Assembly (NCBI GenBank): GCA_017984185.1
Contig: JAGNZX010000001.1
Span: forward strand, 1 to 26,337
Source of the DNA: Minisyncoccota bacterium
GTDB lineage: Bacteria > Patescibacteriota > Minisyncoccia > Phycocordibacterales > UBA9973
Direction of reading: 5' to 3'
Length of the DNA stretch: 26,337 nucleotides
Below the pieces are notes generated by a model, which saw only the letters and a list, made by a program, of their open reading frames with translations, had not been told where the DNA came from and did no database searches. Both the position numbers and the translations under genes were made by a program. Below, piece by piece: positions 1 to 9,127 of the stretch. Numbering within the stretch: position 1 is the stretch's first letter; every line of letters starts with the position of its first letter.

Positions 1-1409
1 GCACTCAAATCTGTTTTCACATCATAAACCACTTCATCTTCGGTTGTTTCTCTTTTGACTTTATGAAAAGTAGTTGAAAGCGCCTCTTCTAAAAAATGAA
101 TTTTTTCACTGTGTACTGTAAACCCGCCCGCCAACTCATGGCCACCATATTCAAGAAAAGATTCGCTGGTCGCTGTCATCAATTCCACCACCGAGACCGA
201 GCCGGGAGAACGGCACGAACCTTTGATGGCGTCATTTTCATCCTTGCCCCAAACAAAAACAGGTTTTTGATATTCATCCATAATCTTACCGGCAACGAGA
301 CCGAGCACCCCCACTCGCCAACCTGGATTACCGACAACTATCACTTCACGCATCTCCCTTTTCTCAAAACCCTTATTCACCTCTCGCATAATACCTTTTA
401 CAATGTCCTTACGTTCATCGTTAATCTTGGACAAGTGATCAGCCAAAACTCCAGCTTCGACCTCGTCTGTCGTCGACAAAAGCTCATATGCTCGCATCGG
501 ATCATCCATACGTGAAGCCGCATTGATGCGCGGAGTCAACATAAAACCAACATCATCTTCGGTTAAATCTTTTTGGCTAATTTTCATTTTAGCTAAAAGT
601 TTTTGAAGTCCTGGACGTGGAGATTTGCGCAAAACTTTCATCCCAAAATAGGCGATAACCCGATTTTCTCCTGTAAGTGGTACCATATCTGAAAGTGTCG
701 CAAGGCCAGCCATATCCAGCAACCACTTCTCCCAGCCCAAGTTCTCCTCTCGTAATTTTTCTAGCACAGCCACTCGTGATTTTGCAGACGAGGACTGTTT
801 GAGCGTAGCGAGTTCCGCAGGCAAAAAATTACGAGTGGCTGCGCTCACTATTCCTTGCACAAATTTAAACATCACACCCGCACCACACAACATCTTTTCT
901 GGATAGTCGTCAACTTTCGGATTTAAAATAGCAAAAGCTTCTGGTAAAATTTCGTGAGGTAAATGGTGATCAGTGATGATCACATCAATACCATCTATTT
1001 TGGCTTGAGCTACTTCATCGACCGCAGTGATGCCGAGATCTATCGTAATCAAAAGTTTTACTTCTTTTTCTTTAAATTGTTTGATGGCTTCTAGATTTAG
1101 ACCGTATCCTTCTGAATTACGCTGAGGAATATATACTTCATAATTTTTATATTCTATTTTTTTAAATAAATCTGACAAAATCACCGCACCAGGTATACCG
1201 TCACAATCGTAGTCGGCATAGATAACAATTTTTTCGTTATTTTCTATCGCTTGAAAAAGTCGCACGCAAGCTTTCTCCATATCCCGCATTAAAAAAGGAT
1301 CGTGCATGTCACGTTCATAGCTAGGATTTAAAAAAATGTCTGCTTCTGTTTCATTGGTGATGCCTCTCTTTTCTAAAAGTGCGCGCAACAATTCATGGTA
1401 TTTCTGCAT
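1..1409 (-). CDS. recJ: Single-stranded-DNA-specific exonuclease RecJ (3' end runs off the window)
   Basis: Translated by hand from ATG at 1409 (MQKYHELLRALLEKRG...). Motifs IYADYDCDG, YIPQRNSEGYG, TIDLGIT, ITDHH, LATLSDMVPL, PRINAASR and GGHELAGG are the DHH/DHHA1 signatures. No stop before position 1, which explains its absence from the ORF track. Confidence 0.95.
   Translation of the reverse strand, partial: MQKYHELLRALLEKRGITNETEADIFLNPSYERDMHDPFLMRDMEKACVRLFQAIENNEKIVIYADYDCDGIPGAVILSDLFKKIEYKNYEVYIPQRNSEGYGLNLEAIKQFKEKEVKLLITIDLGITAVDEVAQAKIDGIDVIITDHHLPHEILPEAFAILNPKVDDYPEKMLCGAGVMFKFVQGIVSAATRNFLPAELATLKQSSSAKSRVAVLEKLREENLGWEKWLLDMAGLATLSDMVPLTGENRVIAYFGMKVLRKSPRPGLQKLLAKMKISQKDLTEDDVGFMLTPRINAASRMDDPMRAYELLSTTDEVEAGVLADHLSKINDERKDIVKGIMREVNKGFEKREMREVIVVGNPGWRVGVLGLVAGKIMDEYQKPVFVWGKDENDAIKGSCRSPGSVSVVELMTATSESFLEYGGHELAGGFTVHSEKIHFLEEALSTTFHKVKRETTEDEVVYDVKTDLS
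763..845. repeat. Short palindromic element inserted in frame in recJ
   Basis: Arms 763-783 (agcacagccactcgtgatttt) and 825-845 (aaaattacgagtggctgcgct) are reverse complements at 19 of 21 positions. The frame stays open, reading VSAATRNFLPAELATLKQSSSAKSRVAVL on the minus strand. Confidence 0.75.
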
Positions 1410-1445
1410 AAATGCAATTTTATCACAATTTGCTACAATATTCTC
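1410..1445. promoter_or_regulatory. Back-to-back extended -10 promoters for recJ and the HIT gene
   Basis: Minus strand TGa-TAAAAT (1417-1425) lies 7 nt before the recJ ATG. Plus strand TGc-TACAAT (1431-1439) lies 6 nt before the HIT ATG. Confidence 0.6.
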
Positions 1446-1805
1446 ATGGACGAAACAGACTGTATTTTTTGCAAAATCGCAAATAAAGAAATACCTTGCT
1501 ACAAAGTTTATGAAAATGAGAACTTTTTAGCCTTTTTAGACATACACCCCCTGTCTCCAGGACACGTGCAAGTAATACCAAAAACACACTATCGCTGGGT
1601 TTGGGACCTTCCAAACACCGGTGAGTATTTTGAAATTGTTAAGAAAATAGCCCTAGCTCAAAAGAAGGCCTTTGGAGTCGACATGGTTCGCTCTCAAGTA
1701 TACGGAGAAGAAGTTCCTCACGCCCACATCTGGGTCTGGCCAGAAACAACTGGAAATAAAGAAGATTTTGAAAACAATCTAAAGAAAATTATTGCAGAGC
1801 TTTAA
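1446..1805 (+). CDS. HIT family nucleotide hydrolase (119 aa)
   Basis: CIFCKI N-terminus, AFLDIHPLSPGHVQVIPKTH and VPHAHIW motif. Start moved from 1395 to ATG 1446 (MDETDCIFCK) because 1395 overlaps the recJ start and its promoter. Confidence 0.9.
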   Translation: MDETDCIFCKIANKEIPCYKVYENENFLAFLDIHPLSPGHVQVIPKTHYRWVWDLPNTGEYFEIVKKIALAQKKAFGVDMVRSQVYGEEVPHAHIWVWPETTGNKEDFENNLKKIIAEL

Positions 1806-2904
1806 TGCCTGGCAAGGTGCCATTGGCCAAGAAATCCAGAGTAGCCCCACCACCAGTCGACACAAAAGAAAACTTTTTTTCTATTTTCATTTCAGAAATT
1901 AAAGACACAGTATCTCCTCCTCCGACAATACTCAAGGCTTTTGAGCTAGCGACAAGTTTTAGTATTTGTTTGGTAGACCTATCCCCACCATCTTCATATT
2001 TCCCCAAAGGGCCGTTCCAAAGAACTAGTTTGGATTTTTTTACAAATGGAGCAATATTTTTTACAGCTTGTTCTCCAATATCTATAATAAAATCTTGAGG
2101 TTCGATATCTGAAACTTTTTTATTTATAAAAATATCACCTGATTTTACCAAAACATCCTCCGGTAAAATAATTTTTTTATTTTCTAACATCTTTTCAATT
2201 CCAAAATTATTTTCACTTGCTAGAGATTTTCCAATTTCATAACCCTTGGCTTTAAGAAAATCGTTCAAAAGTGCTCCCCCAATAAAAACATGATCCGCCA
2301 GTTTTAAATATTTTTCAATCAACGGCATTTTAGTGGAAAATTTAGCTCCGCCCAATATAAAAAGAAATGGATGCTTTGGTTTTTTAAAAGCCCGAGATAG
2401 ATTCTCTATTTCTTCTTCGAGTTGAAAACCAGCGTAGTGTGGTAACAATTTGGGCAAAAGCACAATCGATGCATCAGACCGATGATCGACAGAAAAAGAA
2501 TCGTTTACATACACGTCGCCAAATTTTGCCAAGCTTGAAGCAAAAAATCTGTCGCAAGATTGTTCACCCTTGTCGTTACGAAGATTTTCAAGAAGTATTA
2601 TATCTCCATCTTTCATATTGGTAACTGCTTGCTCGGCCTCACCACCCAGAATATTAGCCACAAAGCTTGATTTTATAAGCTTTTTTAAAGCATTAGCAAT
2701 TGGCAAAAGGGTGTCTCCGCCTTTACCAAAATGAGTAACTAAAATAATACGTGCTCCTTTTTGTTTTAAGTATTTTATTGTTGGTAATGCTTTTTTAATT
2801 CGAAAATCGTCTTGCACTACACCATCCTTAATTGAGACATTAAAATCTACACGCAACAACACTCTTTTACCTTTTAAATTTTTTATTTGCTTAATGTTTC
2901 GCAT
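1789..2904 (-). CDS. pgk: Phosphoglycerate kinase
   Basis: RVDFNV, LLENLR, LGGAK, WNGPLG, GGGDT and STGGGA motifs; 371 aa. Confidence 0.96.
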   Translation of the reverse strand: MRNIKQIKNLKGKRVLLRVDFNVSIKDGVVQDDFRIKKALPTIKYLKQKGARIILVTHFGKGGDTLLPIANALKKLIKSSFVANILGGEAEQAVTNMKDGDIILLENLRNDKGEQSCDRFFASSLAKFGDVYVNDSFSVDHRSDASIVLLPKLLPHYAGFQLEEEIENLSRAFKKPKHPFLFILGGAKFSTKMPLIEKYLKLADHVFIGGALLNDFLKAKGYEIGKSLASENNFGIEKMLENKKIILPEDVLVKSGDIFINKKVSDIEPQDFIIDIGEQAVKNIAPFVKKSKLVLWNGPLGKYEDGGDRSTKQILKLVASSKALSIVGGGDTVSLISEMKIEKKFSFVSTGGGATLDFLANGTLPGIKALQ

Positions 2905-3656
2905 ATTTTTATAATTTTAGAAAATTTTTCAGCATCGAGCGAAGCTTTACCTACAAGCAAGCCGTCTACCCCGCCACTTGCCAGAAAATCCTCGGCGTCC
3001 CGATCATTTACCGAACCACCATAAATAACTCGTGTCTTGTGTGCAACATCTGGTGAACTTAAATCAGATAAAATCTTACGAATAAAAACAGCCATCTCTC
3101 TCGCGTCACCCGAAGTCGCGTCTCTTCTGTTTTCTGTCGTAGAGATAGACCAGACTGGCTCATAAGCAATAATAATTTTAGAAAGCGAATCTTTGGAAAT
3201 TCCTTTCAAGCATTCTGAGATTTGATTTTTAACAATTTCAAAATATCCGTGTTCGAGATCACGTTCTTTTTCACCGACACAAAGTATTGGCACCAAACCA
3301 AAAACCAAAGCTGATTTTATTTTTTTATTTATAAATTCATTAGTCTCGCCGAGCGCCCTTCTTTCCGAGTGACCCAAAATAACATATTTTAAACCAATAT
3401 CAGAAAGCATGCCTCCAGACACCTCCCCAGTAAAAGGACCCACATCGCCAGGAAACAAATCTTGTCCGCCAAGCTTCAGTTTACTACTACGAATCTTACT
3501 CAATTTTTCTAGATATACAAAAGGTGTGCAAACTACAATTTCAGTCTTTTTAAGGCCTGTAATATGTTTAATTACTCGATTATACAATTTATCCGCCTCC
3601 TTGAGAGTGGTCGGATGCATTTTCCAATTGCCTATGATTATTTTCTTGTTGGACAT
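2883..3656 (-). CDS. tpiA: Triosephosphate isomerase
   Basis: GNWKM, LGHSERR, AYEPVW and YGGSV motifs with the catalytic Lys, His and Glu present. Its stop overlaps the pgk start by 22 nt. Confidence 0.96.
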   Translation of the reverse strand: MSNKKIIIGNWKMHPTTLKEADKLYNRVIKHITGLKKTEIVVCTPFVYLEKLSKIRSSKLKLGGQDLFPGDVGPFTGEVSGGMLSDIGLKYVILGHSERRALGETNEFINKKIKSALVFGLVPILCVGEKERDLEHGYFEIVKNQISECLKGISKDSLSKIIIAYEPVWSISTTENRRDATSGDAREMAVFIRKILSDLSSPDVAHKTRVIYGGSVNDRDAEDFLASGGVDGLLVGKASLDAEKFSKIIKICETLSK

Positions 3657-3693
3657 ATGGCAAATTATATCATAACGCGGTAAAATAAAGTGA
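3657..3693. promoter_or_regulatory. Divergent -10 boxes for tpiA and the minor-pilin operon
   Basis: Minus strand TGa-TATAAT (3664-3672) lies 7 nt before the tpiA ATG. Plus strand TAAAAT (3681-3686) lies 7 nt before ATG 3694. Confidence 0.55.
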
Positions 3694-5019
3694 ATGATTT
3701 CAAATACTCACAAAAAGGGATTTACTTTGGTTGAAACATTGGTGGGAACAGCTGTTTTTGTCGTAATTGCAATTGCGGCCTATCAAGCTTTTACTGTACT
3801 AATGAATGTTGTAATAATCACAAGAGCCAAAGTAGCTGGCACAGAGCTGGCCAATGAAAGATTTGAGATAATTCGCAATCTTTCTTATAACGATGTGGGC
3901 ATATTGGGAGGTATACCAGTTGGAAAAATAACCAGAACACAGACTCTAACTAGAGATAACTTTACTTTTAATGTCACTACAACTATCAGAAACGTCGATG
4001 ATGCTTTTGATGGCACAATTGGTGGTAACCCAAATGACACCTCACCAGCTGATTATAAATTGGTGGACTTAGATATAACCTGCGCAAATTGTAAAAATTT
4101 TGCACCGGTAAATTTCACCACCCTAATTGCTCCCCATGCTTTAGAAACTGCATCGACCAATGGTGCACTTTTTATAAGAGTATTTGATGCAAATGGTATA
4201 CCTATTCCCCAGGCCTTGGTTCATATTGTTAACACTCTAACCAATCCAGATACTATTATCGACGAAACAACCGACAATAACGGTTGGATAAAAATTATTG
4301 ATGCCCCAGCCGGAACCAATGCCTACAACATAACTGCTACTAAAAATGGTTACACAACTGATCAAACATACCCAATCGGTGGAGCAGCTGGCTCCGATCC
4401 CGCCAAACCCGATGTTACCGTGGTGCAACAACAAATTTCACAAATTAGTTTAGCTATAGACAAAATAAGTTCTTTAACCACTACCACACTTGATGCGTCT
4501 TGTGTGGCAATACCGTCAGTTGGGTTTTCTTTAACTGGTAGTAAATTAATCGGAGTAGGTATTTTAAAATATCCAACTCAAAATTTTACTACTAATGGAG
4601 CAGGAGTTTACAATATCCCTTCTATTGAATACGATACTTATTCCACCCTACTCACAGGAGCATCTTATGACCTAGCGGGAACAAACTTAACTCAAAACTT
4701 CTTTCTTAATCCAAACGAAACCGGAATTTTGAAATTAATAGCTGTGCCGCACGTATCTCAAGCACTGTTGGTGAATGTGGAAACTTCTGCAGGTGTTGCC
4801 ATAGATGGTGCCACTGTGCAATTACAAAAAACAGGTTTTGATGAGACAAAAACCACAAATTCTGGAACCTGTCCTACTCCTGGACAAGTATTTTGGAATG
4901 GAATTAGCTCTGGCACATACACCGTAAACGTATCCGCTCCCGGCTATCAAGACAACACTGTTGCAAACTATTCCATTTCTTCGCCATGGCAAAACTTGAG
5001 TATAACTTTAATGCCATAA
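3694..5019 (+). CDS. Type IV minor pilin (PilV/GspI-like) fused to C-terminal beta-sandwich (carboxypeptidase-regulatory-like) repeats
   Basis: Class III signal KKG|FTLVE plus hydrophobic helix. Three related segments: ALFIRVFDANGIPIPQALVHI, SLTTTTLDASCVAIPSVGFSL and ALLVNVETSAGVAIDGATVQL. Confidence 0.8.
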   Translation: MISNTHKKGFTLVETLVGTAVFVVIAIAAYQAFTVLMNVVIITRAKVAGTELANERFEIIRNLSYNDVGILGGIPVGKITRTQTLTRDNFTFNVTTTIRNVDDAFDGTIGGNPNDTSPADYKLVDLDITCANCKNFAPVNFTTLIAPHALETASTNGALFIRVFDANGIPIPQALVHIVNTLTNPDTIIDETTDNNGWIKIIDAPAGTNAYNITATKNGYTTDQTYPIGGAAGSDPAKPDVTVVQQQISQISLAIDKISSLTTTTLDASCVAIPSVGFSLTGSKLIGVGILKYPTQNFTTNGAGVYNIPSIEYDTYSTLLTGASYDLAGTNLTQNFFLNPNETGILKLIAVPHVSQALLVNVETSAGVAIDGATVQLQKTGFDETKTTNSGTCPTPGQVFWNGISSGTYTVNVSAPGYQDNTVANYSISSPWQNLSITLMP

Positions 5020-5022
5020 ATT

Positions 5023-5637
5023 ATGATTAAAAAAGATTACAAAAAAAATAAAAGAAGTCTGGGGTTTACTTTAATAGAAACCTTATTTGTTGTATCAATT
5101 TTTGTTGTAGTGACTGGGGCGATGACCATGTTTGCAAGAAATACTTGGCATTACAATTCTTTTTTGAGTTCTTCGCTTTCAAGCATTAATTCGGGAAGAA
5201 TCGCCATTAAAACCATGGTCGCCGAAATTCGTACTGCTTCTTCGGGTAGCGATGGGGCCTATGCTGTAAGCTCAGCAACTTCGACTAGATTTACTTTTTA
5301 TTCAGATATTTATGATAATGGCTTAAAAGAAAAAGTGAGTTACTTTTTAGAAGGAACAAATCTTAAAAAAAGTGTAATAATTCCAACAGGAAGTCCGCTC
5401 GCTTATACTGGAGCTGAAATAATCACAACCCTAATACCAAATGTAACCAACACTTCCATATTTGATTACTACGACAAAAATTATGACGGCACAACATCAC
5501 CACTACAACCCGCAGATATTCCTTCTGTTCGGTTAGTAAAAATCACAGTCATTGTCGACGACAACCCCAGCCGAGCCCCAGGACCTATCACGATTTCTTC
5601 TCAAGTAACCCTAAGAAACATAAAAGATAATCTATGA
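5023..5637 (+). CDS. Type IV minor pilin (PilW/GspJ-like)
   Basis: SLG|FTLIE class III signal, AIKTMVAEIRTA helix, ITISSQVTLRN C-terminal strand. Its TGA stop overlaps the next ATG (ATGA). Confidence 0.8.
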   Translation: MIKKDYKKNKRSLGFTLIETLFVVSIFVVVTGAMTMFARNTWHYNSFLSSSLSSINSGRIAIKTMVAEIRTASSGSDGAYAVSSATSTRFTFYSDIYDNGLKEKVSYFLEGTNLKKSVIIPTGSPLAYTGAEIITTLIPNVTNTSIFDYYDKNYDGTTSPLQPADIPSVRLVKITVIVDDNPSRAPGPITISSQVTLRNIKDNL

Positions 5638-7091
5638 TTACAAAAAATAACAAAAAAAATCGTGGATCACTCATAGTCCAGGCTTTGGTTTTTGGGTCTG
5701 TGGCTATTCTAATCATCGGAGCGTTTGCGACTTATGCTGCTACTTCATTAAAGATAAGTAGATTAACTTATATAAAAGAACAGGCTTTCCAGGCATCAGA
5801 GGCTGGTATTGATTATTATCGATGGCACCTGGCTCACGCAGTAAGTGATTATCAAGATGGCACAGGTGGTGCTGGGCCATATGTGCACCCTGTCCAAGAC
5901 AAAGATGGTAATACTGTCGGTCAATTTTCTTTGACTATTACAGCACCGACACAAGGATCGAGTCTAGTAAAAATAAGATCGAGTGGCACGGCCACCGTTG
6001 ACTCCTCCCAAATCCGAACAATCGAGACTCGAGTAGCCATGCCATCAATCGCTGAAAATGCTTTCGCCGGAAATGATGCTATGCGTTTTGGGGCTGGTAC
6101 TGTGGTTTTTGGATCAATCAAATCCAACGGGGGTATACGCTTTGATGGAGTAGCTCACAATGTGGTCAGTAGTGGTGTAGCCACATATACTGACCCAGAT
6201 GGCAACTGTAGTGGAAGTGGAAACGCTAGTGGAAATTATGGTGTGCACACTTGTGTATCACCGGCTGACCCAAAATCTCCATCTGCGCTTTCGGCCCACT
6301 CAGATGTCTTTGCGGCTGGACGTAAAATGAGCCAACCGACAATTGATTTTTCAGGATTCACAGCTGACATCGGTAACCTAAAAACCCTAGCTCAAACAAC
6401 TTCTGGATTTTACCGAGCTGCCGCCGGCAATGGATATGTCGGATATCATATCGTGTTAAAAACCAATGATACCTTTGATTTATACAAAATCAATTCTTGG
6501 GCGAGTGTCGGGGCTTGCAATGGTAGTGGTTCTGAAAGTTCGAGTTGGAGTATAAATACTCAAACCTTACAAGGTAATTATGCCTTCCCGACCAATGGAG
6601 TGATTTTTGTTCAAGATCATTTAGTTATTGATGGAAAAATTAACACCGCTCGACTCACCATAGTCGCGGCGCTACTACCCGAACCTGCTTCCAGTCAATA
6701 CAAAAATATAATTATCAATAACGATTTAACTTACACAAATTTTGATGGCACAGATTCTATCGGTCTAGTGGCTCAAAAAGGAGTCATGGTGGGATTATTT
6801 AGTGAAGATAATCTCATTATAAACGGAGCTCTGATGGCTCAACATAACTCAGTGGGTAGGTTTAAATACCTGGGAAACAGCAGTTGCACATACAAAAGCC
6901 GATCTATGATTACTCTCTACGGCATGATTGCTTCTTATGCCAGATATGGTTTTGCCTACACCGGATCACCAGCCACAGGATATATCACTAGAACCATCAA
7001 CTATGACGCCAACATGCTTTACGCCCCACCACCAAGCTTTCCGCTCACCTCAAACCAATACCAGATATTGTCCTGGCAAGAAATAAAATAA
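5634..7091 (+). CDS. PilX/GspK-like large minor pilin
   Basis: NRG|SLIVQALV signal lacking Glu5, EQAFQASEAGIDYYRWHL PilX-type N-terminal motif, third position in the operon, C-terminus QILSWQEIK. Confidence 0.75.
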   Translation: MITKNNKKNRGSLIVQALVFGSVAILIIGAFATYAATSLKISRLTYIKEQAFQASEAGIDYYRWHLAHAVSDYQDGTGGAGPYVHPVQDKDGNTVGQFSLTITAPTQGSSLVKIRSSGTATVDSSQIRTIETRVAMPSIAENAFAGNDAMRFGAGTVVFGSIKSNGGIRFDGVAHNVVSSGVATYTDPDGNCSGSGNASGNYGVHTCVSPADPKSPSALSAHSDVFAAGRKMSQPTIDFSGFTADIGNLKTLAQTTSGFYRAAAGNGYVGYHIVLKTNDTFDLYKINSWASVGACNGSGSESSSWSINTQTLQGNYAFPTNGVIFVQDHLVIDGKINTARLTIVAALLPEPASSQYKNIIINNDLTYTNFDGTDSIGLVAQKGVMVGLFSEDNLIINGALMAQHNSVGRFKYLGNSSCTYKSRSMITLYGMIASYARYGFAYTGSPATGYITRTINYDANMLYAPPPSFPLTSNQYQILSWQEIK

Positions 7092-7093
7092 AT

Positions 7094-7891
7094 TTAATTA
7101 AGTTGATTGATTTTGATTACCAAATCACTGATCTCACCTTTCTTTTTATCAAAATCTTGTTTTAGTTCTGCGAGTTCTCGTTCCAGTTTTTTCTCATCAT
7201 CTTCTTCCCTCTCTTCACGATAAACCAAAGAAGAATCTGGGCCAGCTGCACTATGAGACAAACGCTCTATCTCTATTTTAATTGTATTGATTTCTTCCTG
7301 TAGGTGTCTTTCTTTGTTTTTATCATCAGCAATTTTTCGCTTGATATCTTCTTCTTCCCTAGATTCACCTTGTAAATCCTTATCTTGATTCGATTCTTCA
7401 GTTTGTATTTGGCGAAGCTCGCCCTCAAGTCTTTCTAATCTAGATTTTAATTCATTTATCTCTGTTTTCTTTCTTTCTTCCAACGAGTGTTCTTCGGAAA
7501 TTTTTCTCTGGGTGCCGCCTTTATCCATAGTCTCTTCCCGCAACCGTGCTTCATCAGCCACCAAGTCAGATTGGGTGTGCTTTAAATCATCATTGAGTCT
7601 GGTCAACTTGGACTTTAATTCCGAAACCTCTCCTTGTGCTCCATGCCCAGCAAATTTCTCTTGAGCTATTTTTCTTTTTTCTGCTTCTACATCACTCTTT
7701 AATATACGAAGTCTGTTTTCTTCAGTGCCAATTTTTAATTTTAATTTTTCGATATCAAAGTTTAAATTATTCAACTTGAGCTGTAGTTGACTTCTGGCTC
7801 CCGCACGAATACGTGCTTGAGCAATCTCAGTATCTCTTTTGGCTTCTTCGGCTGCTAGTCTCCTTTTTTGATCATCATTTAATATTGACAT
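7094..7891 (-). CDS. Hypothetical cytoplasmic coiled-coil protein with 56-aa periodicity
   Basis: 265-aa E/K/R/L-rich ORF with no signal peptide or TM segment. TATAAT lies 6 nt before its ATG, directly after the pilC stop. Confidence 0.75.
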   Translation of the reverse strand: MSILNDDQKRRLAAEEAKRDTEIAQARIRAGARSQLQLKLNNLNFDIEKLKLKIGTEENRLRILKSDVEAEKRKIAQEKFAGHGAQGEVSELKSKLTRLNDDLKHTQSDLVADEARLREETMDKGGTQRKISEEHSLEERKKTEINELKSRLERLEGELRQIQTEESNQDKDLQGESREEEDIKRKIADDKNKERHLQEEINTIKIEIERLSHSAAGPDSSLVYREEREEDDEKKLERELAELKQDFDKKKGEISDLVIKINQLN

Positions 7892-7903
7892 ATTGGCATT
7901 ATA

Positions 7904-9118
7904 CTACTTTATATCATTCAAGACCGAATACAATGGAGAAATCATAGAAACAGCAAAAAATCCAACAGCTGAACCGATCACAACCATCAAAATCGGTTCG
8001 ATAATTGTTGAAAGATTTTTTGTTTTATTTTCAATTTCTTCTTCATAAAACAAGGCTATTTGCATCAACATATCCGACAGTTTTCCTGTCTCCTCTCCAA
8101 CCTGAATCATTTCTGACATCATGGTGGGGTATAAATTAGGATGAGCCTTAAAAACATCAGAAAATGGTGCCCCATGCTCCACTGATTCTTTAGATTCACT
8201 TAATACTTTTTTGTAATAGAAATTTTGCAAAACATCTTCAGTTATTTCCACTGCTCGCACGATAGACACACCAGCCAAAAGCAAAGAAGACATCGTGCGG
8301 GCTGTTCGCGCAGTATTTAATTCTTTAGTCATGGTTCCAATGACTGGCAACTTTACCAAAAGTAGATCAATATATTTTTCCATAAATTTAGCCTTGAAAA
8401 TAGAATAAAATACGAAAGCCACAAGAAAAATAGAGACGAAAGTTAGAATTAGATGCGAAGAGAAAAAACCACCCAAAACTACTATCAACTGTGTCGATGC
8501 TGGTAAATCTACATTTAACTCTTGAAAAGTTTTAGCCAAAGTTGGCACAACAAAAGCAAACATGAGAACTCCAATCACAATCATGGCAAAAAATATAACC
8601 CCTGGATATACCAGAGCGCCGCTTATTTTTTTTGACAAAGAATGTGATTTTTCTAAATTTAATCCAATATCAGACAAAGCTCCGGAAAGATTGCCTGACT
8701 CTTCCCCTGCTTTTGACATCGATATAAAAAGTTTTGAAAATACACGAGGGAATTTTGTAAGTCCAAAAGAAAAAGTTTCTCCAGCATTTATTTCATTAGA
8801 CAATGACACCAATATTTTTGTGAAAACAGGATTTTTGGTTTGTTTTTGCAAAACAGACAAAGCACGATTTAAAGAAAGCCCGGCTTTCAACATTCCAGCA
8901 AGATTTTTTGTGAACAAAATTTTTTCGCTTATACTTACCCGCCCAAAAAGATTATTAAAATCTAGCAACTTTAATGAATTGTTGTTTACTAAACTTATGG
9001 AAATCGGAACACTGCCTCGAGAGCGAAGTTCGCGAGCCAGAGCAAAACGACTCACCGATTCAAGGTTGCCTTCAATAATTTCTCCATCCTGTAATTTTGC
9101 CCTATAAGAAAAAAGCAT
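7904..9118 (-). CDS. pilC: Type IV pilus / T2SS inner-membrane platform protein PilC/GspF
   Basis: FSYRA N-terminus, LAGMLKAGL, KAGEESGNL, YPGVI, VGEETGKL and IIEP motifs; two T2SSF-type repeats; adjacent to pilB. Confidence 0.93.
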   Translation of the reverse strand: MLFSYRAKLQDGEIIEGNLESVSRFALARELRSRGSVPISISLVNNNSLKLLDFNNLFGRVSISEKILFTKNLAGMLKAGLSLNRALSVLQKQTKNPVFTKILVSLSNEINAGETFSFGLTKFPRVFSKLFISMSKAGEESGNLSGALSDIGLNLEKSHSLSKKISGALVYPGVIFFAMIVIGVLMFAFVVPTLAKTFQELNVDLPASTQLIVVLGGFFSSHLILTFVSIFLVAFVFYSIFKAKFMEKYIDLLLVKLPVIGTMTKELNTARTARTMSSLLLAGVSIVRAVEITEDVLQNFYYKKVLSESKESVEHGAPFSDVFKAHPNLYPTMMSEMIQVGEETGKLSDMLMQIALFYEEEIENKTKNLSTIIEPILMVVIGSAVGFFAVSMISPLYSVLNDIK

Positions 9119-9127
9119 AATTTATTT

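Noticed and set aside
96-515. 139-aa plus-strand ORF
   Set aside because: Antisense shadow of recJ, which is continuous on the minus strand with clear DHH motifs.
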